Shown piece by piece: positions 61,522 to 64,000 of a stretch of DNA of 64,000 nt (its first letter is position 1; the number at the start of each line of letters is the position of its first letter). The position numbers and the translations under genes are program-made. This DNA comes from Eledone cirrhosa (lineage: Eukaryota): NCBI GenBank assembly GCA_964016885.1, contig OZ024745.1, forward strand, positions 78,244,001 through 78,308,000, given 5' to 3'. The notes under the pieces were generated by a model that was not told the DNA's origin, did not search any database, and saw only the letters and a list, made by a program, of their open reading frames with translations.

Positions 61522-62012
61522 CAACTTTATTATATATAGAAATGACTTCTACAGGACTAGAACTGTTTCACTTGTATGAAATCATCATAAATATTTTAAC
61601 AATGCTATTGGAATAGTAATCCATATTACCCTGGTCAACCCACTACTCACACAAAGAGATACAAGATTTTAACATGAGACATAGAAAACTATATTTCAGA
61701 GTGCACACAACATGTTATTTGTAATGGAAACTACTGAATATGGATCATAAATTGTATGCCAATAATTCCTGAACCAAAATTTTAGATACTGTGTGTATGG
61801 ACTGATCAAATATGTGCAGCTCCACCTGACTTTCATAGTGGTTGTACCGTGCATAAACTGTACAACCCATTCCATATCATTTTATATGATTCACATTTGT
61901 TTTTATTCTCTTATTTTCATGTTTCCTACTATTAAGTTTGTTTTCTTAACATGTTTTCCTAAATTTATTTCAGTATCTCAATCGTATCCCACTGCCAGTT
62001 CCAAAACCATCG
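16210..62012 (+). CDS. COL15A1/COL18A1-like: Multiplexin (collagen alpha-1(XV)/(XVIII)-like), partial multi-exon CDS: join(16210..16275,19686..19815,22701..22867,24134..24359,25801..25838,31103..31270,33499..33588,34644..34751,35242..35331,36002..36091,40870..40983,41076..41213,43373..43528,44362..44470,46846..46928,47785..47907,49630..49767,51553..51681, then 54555..54578 and/or 61974..62012)
   Basis: Every exon is bounded by AG/GT and the phases match at every junction, giving one stop-free frame. The protein has multiply interrupted Gly-X-Y blocks, acidic Ser-Gly motifs and the segment [43 protein letters not shown], which fits the collagen XV/XVIII trimerization domain. Start, stop, TSPN and endostatin domains were not found in the window. 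Confidence 0.92.
19686..19815 (+). CDS. Multiplexin exon, [43 protein letters not shown]
   Basis: tttcccag acceptor, gtaaga donor, phase 0-1; first Gly-X-Y block. Confidence 0.9.
20807..21162 (+). mobile_element. Non-autonomous Helitron
   Basis: Starts TC after a host A; ends with a GC-rich hairpin (cccgagcaacgccggg) then CTAG before a host T; no TSD. Confidence 0.8.
21644..21864. mobile_element. piggyBac-type MITE (221 bp)
   Basis: TTAA on both sides; TIR ccctttagcattta / taaaggctaaaggg; a partial second copy ends at 55301. Confidence 0.8.
22701..22867 (+). CDS. Multiplexin exon, [10 protein letters not shown]...GEPGPRGLK
   Basis: ttaacag acceptor, gttagt donor, phase 1-0; Gly-X-Y with an interruption. 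Confidence 0.93.
23881..24066 (+). mobile_element. tRNA-derived SINE (core gcctttcatcc...gataaaataaagtacc)
   Basis: A-box/B-box-like head (tggcagtattgg; gagttcaaatc) and ATT-rich tail; related copies near 440-590, 16520-16760, 22990-23100(-), 29007, 29204(-), 32645-32762(-), 33050, 41310(-), 43005 and 51040. Confidence 0.8.
24134..24359 (+). CDS. Multiplexin exon, GEAINGLDG...DTEASGEPD...GENGL
   Basis: ttcacag acceptor, gtaagg donor, phase 0-1; this donor restores the GLS-GEM triplets with the next exon. Confidence 0.92.
25307..25495 (+). mobile_element. SINE/RTE-related repeat with an aagggcatccagctg core and (GAT)n tail
   Basis: Further copies near 27595-27790(-), 38060-38300, 48080-48215, 53460-53600(-), 56490-56610 and 57443-57575(-). 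Confidence 0.7.
25801..25838 (+). CDS. Multiplexin exon, (S)[12 protein letters not shown]
   Basis: atttcag acceptor, gtaagt donor, phase 1-0, 38 nt. Confidence 0.9.
25916..26221. repeat. (CT)n and polypyrimidine minisatellite
   Basis: (CT)n followed by repeated ctctctctttccttctttcccc units. Confidence 0.95.
26552..26666. repeat. 23-bp minisatellite, 5 perfect copies
   Basis: (cactgtacctctctcacaatcac)x5. Confidence 0.95.
27371..27469 (-). ncRNA. Type I hammerhead ribozyme motif inside a short inverted-repeat element
   Basis: Minus strand: agacgtat-CTGAGGA-stem II-GAAA-CGATTG-TA-atatgtct; stem I is 8 bp with one G-U pair. Confidence 0.7.
27907..28450 (-). mobile_element. Decayed RTE-clade LINE fragment (linker between endonuclease and RT)
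   Basis: Frameshifted [15 protein letters not shown]..., [33 protein letters not shown]. Confidence 0.8.
29007..29186 (+). mobile_element. tRNA-derived SINE with a 17-bp TSD
   Basis: TSD agtattaataattatca at 28990-29006 and 29187-29203. Confidence 0.85.
29204..29391 (-). mobile_element. tRNA-derived SINE, inverted partner of 29007-29186
   Basis: Near reverse complement of the adjacent copy; flanking duplication taattatcaaataatt. Confidence 0.85.
31103..31270 (+). CDS. Multiplexin exon, GVPGHSGEP...RGSGSIDD
   Basis: cttatag acceptor, gtaagt donor, 168 nt, phase 0-0. Confidence 0.93.
33499..33588 (+). CDS. Multiplexin exon, [30 protein letters not shown]
   Basis: atttaag acceptor, gtaagt donor, 90 nt, phase 0-0. 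Confidence 0.88.
33843..34325 (-). mobile_element. RTE-clade LINE 3' end
   Basis: Minus strand encodes [12 protein letters not shown]; GAA-rich tail. Confidence 0.7.
34644..34751 (+). CDS. Multiplexin exon, 12 uninterrupted Gly-X-Y triplets (GSM...GEM)
   Basis: atttag acceptor, gtatgt donor, 108 nt. Confidence 0.93.
35242..35331 (+). CDS. Multiplexin exon, [30 protein letters not shown]
   Basis: ttgtcag acceptor, gtatgt donor, 90 nt. Confidence 0.93.
36002..36091 (+). CDS. Multiplexin exon, [30 protein letters not shown]
   Basis: ttttatag acceptor, gtaact donor, 90 nt. Confidence 0.92.
36570..37235 (-). mobile_element. RTE-clade reverse transcriptase fragment
   Basis: Minus strand [16 protein letters not shown] ... 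LEFADDMVL; a + strand RT fragment (DTEKAFD...LRKLGV) abuts it at ~37220-37365. Confidence 0.75.
38497..38540 (-). ncRNA. Type I hammerhead ribozyme (array copy 1)
   Basis: Reverse complement of gtagtc-CTGATGA-attct(aaca)agaat-GAAA-CGCG-TA-gacttac. Confidence 0.9.
38808..38851 (-). ncRNA. Type I hammerhead ribozyme (array copy 2)
   Basis: Same motif, 311 bp further along. Confidence 0.9.
39253..39296 (+). ncRNA. Type I hammerhead ribozyme (array copy 3)
   Basis: Intact CUGAUGA/GAAA core, 5-bp stem II, palindromic ACGCGU stem III, GUA triplet (predicted cut after 39289). Confidence 0.9.
39564..39607 (+). ncRNA. Type I hammerhead ribozyme (array copy 4)
   Basis: Same motif; predicted cut after 39600. 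Confidence 0.9.
39875..39918 (+). ncRNA. Type I hammerhead ribozyme (array copy 5)
   Basis: Same motif; predicted cut after 39911. Confidence 0.9.
40159..40686. repeat. 528-bp spacerless palindrome
   Basis: Centre gagaatc|gattctc at 40422/40423; 264-bp arms; one mismatch seen. Confidence 0.93.
40870..40983 (+). CDS. Multiplexin exon, [12 protein letters not shown]...SFSDGK
   Basis: attaaag acceptor, gtatag donor, 114 nt. Confidence 0.9.
41076..41213 (+). CDS. Multiplexin exon, [16 protein letters not shown]...GFT
   Basis: ttgacag acceptor, gtaagt donor, 138 nt; follows a 92-nt intron. Confidence 0.93.
43373..43528 (+). CDS. Multiplexin exon, GRQGLRGRK...TKGDK
   Basis: gttctag acceptor, gtaaga donor, 156 nt. 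Confidence 0.93.
43930..44325 (-). mobile_element. Decayed RTE-clade LINE 3' region
   Basis: Minus strand shows an RGRGKP-type C-terminal motif in RT-tail-like sequence. Confidence 0.55.
44362..44470 (+). CDS. Multiplexin exon, GERGYTGRS...PGSGDLDR
   Basis: tttacag acceptor, gtacat donor, phase 0-1. Confidence 0.9.
46846..46928 (+). CDS. Multiplexin exon, (A)[27 protein letters not shown]
   Basis: attccag acceptor, gtaagt donor, phase 1-0. Confidence 0.88.
47785..47907 (+). CDS. Multiplexin exon, SKGEVGPPG...GNKGEQ
   Basis: atttcag acceptor, gtttgt donor, 123 nt. Confidence 0.9.
49630..49767 (+). CDS. Multiplexin exon, last collagenous block and linker (GVSGRDG...SASHA)
   Basis: tttttag acceptor, gtaagg donor, 138 nt. 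Confidence 0.92.
51553..51681 (+). CDS. Multiplexin exon, NC1 trimerization domain
   Basis: tatctag acceptor, gtaagt donor; the translation has the collagen XV/XVIII trimerization-domain pattern (G-x-hydrophobic strand, then hydrophobic-R-x-x-x-x-W/F-x-x-I/V-Q). Confidence 0.92.
54555..54578 (+). CDS. Candidate 24-nt microexon, SRRISLSR
   Basis: tttctcttag acceptor, CGG|gtaagt donor, phase 0-0, no stop codon. Confidence 0.6.
55632..55649 (+). CDS. Candidate 18-nt microexon, SELTIK
   Basis: Long pyrimidine tract ending tgctttttgctttgctcag, AAA|gtaact donor, phase 0-0. Confidence 0.35.
55666..55985 (-). mobile_element. RTE 3'-end fragment with (GAT)n tail
   Basis: [38 protein letters not shown]; further copies at 29822-29960 and 59296-59468. 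Confidence 0.8.
56299..56415 (+). mobile_element. tRNA-derived SINE head with a CORE-like segment
   Basis: A box tggcttagtgg, a B-box-like segment, then ccttgagtaagacacttt; relatives near 41948 and 48292. Confidence 0.65.
56620..58007. repeat. (TA)n/(CA)n compound microsatellite field with nested short elements
   Basis: Directly visible; continues at 58418-58920. Confidence 0.9.
58008..58417 (-). mobile_element. Second, 5'-truncated copy of the RTE-derived element at 9653-10242
   Basis: Near reverse complement of 9834-10242; retains the CSVC zinc-finger cysteines. Confidence 0.85.
59600..59790 (+). mobile_element. Possible decayed PLE 3' end
   Basis: [26 protein letters not shown] resembles a GIY-YIG C-terminus; CTGAAGA follows at 59739 with no recognisable second half. 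Confidence 0.35.
61133..61423. repeat. 127-bp inverted repeat with a 37-nt spacer
   Basis: 61133-61259 versus 61297-61423; same family as 11585-12071. Confidence 0.9.
61974..62012 (+). CDS. Multiplexin 39-nt exon, [13 protein letters not shown] (end of trimerization domain, start of hinge)
   Basis: ttatttcag acceptor, TCG|gtaagt donor, phase 0-0; resembles the Pro-containing strand that closes the collagen XV/XVIII trimerization domain. Confidence 0.75.
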
Positions 62013-62579
62013 GTAAGTATATGAAAATTTTTATGATGGTTGAATAATTTCAGTATTAGATAGTTTTAAAAATTTGAAATGGAAACACAATATCACACCA
62101 ACTTTTTTACATGATTGATGCAAAATTTCTGATTGCATACATATCATAGGCATGTTATGAATTCATTCAATGCTTTTCAATGCATCAAAAGCTACTAGCA
62201 ATAGAAATTTTAGTTTATTGAATAATAATGAATAAATAAAATAAAATAAGAAATAAATTAATTAATTAACAATAATAGGGATGATAATAATATTTCTTTA
62301 TTAGCCACTTAGGCTGAAACAGCGAGGACAATAAAAAAAAACAACAGGGACAGTGGGGGTTTACATAAATGCATCTAAAGAGAAGGAAAACAGGTAACAA
62401 TAAATAATAAAATAAATAACAGCAGAATTCCCCAATAGGGGGGGGGGAGTATCACCTAGGGTTAGTTTAGGAACCGAGTCACCAAGAGCCATTGGAAGGT
62501 GCCCCTCTCTTCGATAGCTGGATCCATCCTACCTGTGATAATAGCTATTCAACTAAACTCCACATGACAGCAAATCTCA

Positions 62580-63460
62580 GACACTGTGAGCAGAATGATT
62601 TCATCGCTCTGCACGTATCTTGATCGGGTCCATCTGACAGCACTTCTGTGTCTTGAGAGTTTCTCAAAATAGCAGTGCCCCCTGGTAGCACTACCTATGT
62701 AGAGATTTCTGAAAATTGTCCTTGGTCCCCGTCTTGAAAGTTCTCAGATTAGACTTGGTTAGTTTGATTTTGTCAACACCTAGATTTTCTCTGAGAATGT
62801 CGTCACATTTGCCCACCAGTAGTCTTCTCTAGAACACTAGAGTGAAATTTCCCCTGACTGCATTTCCCAATTGGTTACAAGTACCTGATAGCATTCCAGA
62901 TGTCAGGTGTCCAACAATACTGTTGAACATGGATTTGCCTCTCCAGGTGTTGAGTTGCAAATCCACCAAGTTTTCCAGCTTGATCTTTGCTCCAGCCAAC
63001 CTTTCATATTCCTCTAAGAAGTTGCCGACCACCTCTATTAGTGAAGTGTTCGAAACCATCAGAGTGACATCATCCACATATGCTGACACAGTCCTTCTAT
63101 GTTCTGGTTCAAGTAGGATGCCCTGCAACAGTTCTAGCTTCCATAGTAGTGGTTCAGGAGTCAGTATGTACAGAAGGGAGGAGAGAGGGTATCATTGATG
63201 AACTGAGTGCATGGTCTGGATTGGTTCCTATAAGTGACCATATACTTTGAGTCAATGTTGCAGTGCATTGCAGTGATCCAGCCTCTGAAGATGGGACTGG
63301 AACTGGCTGCTTTGAGGACAGCATCCTGATATTGATGAACGACCTTGTCGAAAGCTTTCAATTGATCTAAATTAATCAGAGCCCCACCAAAGCCAGGTTT
63401 ACTCACTACTCTCTCTATGATGTATTGCATGAGGTGAAGATTTTTGTGTATGAACCTGAG
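62580..63460 (-). mobile_element. Decayed L1/Tx1-clade LINE reverse transcriptase
   Basis: ALINLDQLKAFDKVVH and VSAYVDDVT motifs in frameshifted minus-strand ORFs. Confidence 0.8.
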
Positions 63461-64000
63461 CTTCCCATATCACAGCTGCTGTTTTTGGTTTTTTGCAGCA
63501 CTCCATTAATTGCTTTGTAAATCAATTTTTACTTGCCACAAAGACAATGAATAAGGGAGTATAAAGTGTTTTTAACAACAAATGACCCAGTAGTTACTGG
63601 ATAGGTCAGCTTACAAGGCAGATTTTTCTCTGTGTGTCTGTGAAACATATACATACACACCAAGTCCGAACACAATGGAACCAAATTCCCATTGTCACTG
63701 CCTCCATCTCTCCCACTCTCTCCATTATATTGAATGAAAAAGGAAATACTACAAACACTACATGTTAATGCCTTCTCTTAACTTGGAAATTACAAATAAA
63801 AATTAAGAATCATCCAGTAGTTCCAAGCTCACTATTCTCAACCATTCTTCACTAAATTTACCGAAAGAGACATCCTTTTAAAGTGTTAACTAAAAAGGTT
63901 GATGCAATCTTGGTCAAAATGGAAAGTTTACAGAGGCAATTTGATTTTAAGATATATCTATGTTAAAATTGTTTTTTAGTTGCTATTTGCTTCTATTATG

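Overview
AT-rich animal genomic DNA with no prokaryotic features; the repeat landscape suggests an octopus or other coleoid cephalopod, which is an inference. The window holds the middle of one + strand multiplexin (collagen XV/XVIII-type) gene. I traced 18 phase-consistent GT-AG exons from 16210 to 51681 (721 codons of interrupted Gly-X-Y repeats, Ser-Gly glycosaminoglycan sites and the NC1 trimerization domain), followed by 2-3 candidate phase-0 microexons (54555, 55632, 61974). The N-terminal TSPN and C-terminal endostatin domains are not seen in the window. The very long Y/I/M/C ORFs are artefacts of (TA)n/(TATG)n arrays. Introns carry RTE, CR1/L2-like and L1/Tx1-like LINE fragments, tRNA-derived SINEs, a Helitron, piggyBac- and Tc1/mariner-type MITEs and Penelope-like element (PLE) remnants. 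The main finding is an intronic array of apparently identical, non-coding 311-bp units at 38335-40042 (about 2.5 forward and 3 inverted). It carries five type I hammerhead ribozymes and has retrozyme-like architecture; three of the ribozymes are on the collagen pre-mRNA strand. It sits next to a spacerless 528-bp palindrome. Several other unrelated intact or decayed hammerhead motifs occur elsewhere in the window. All calls were made by eye, with no searches or folding programs run.
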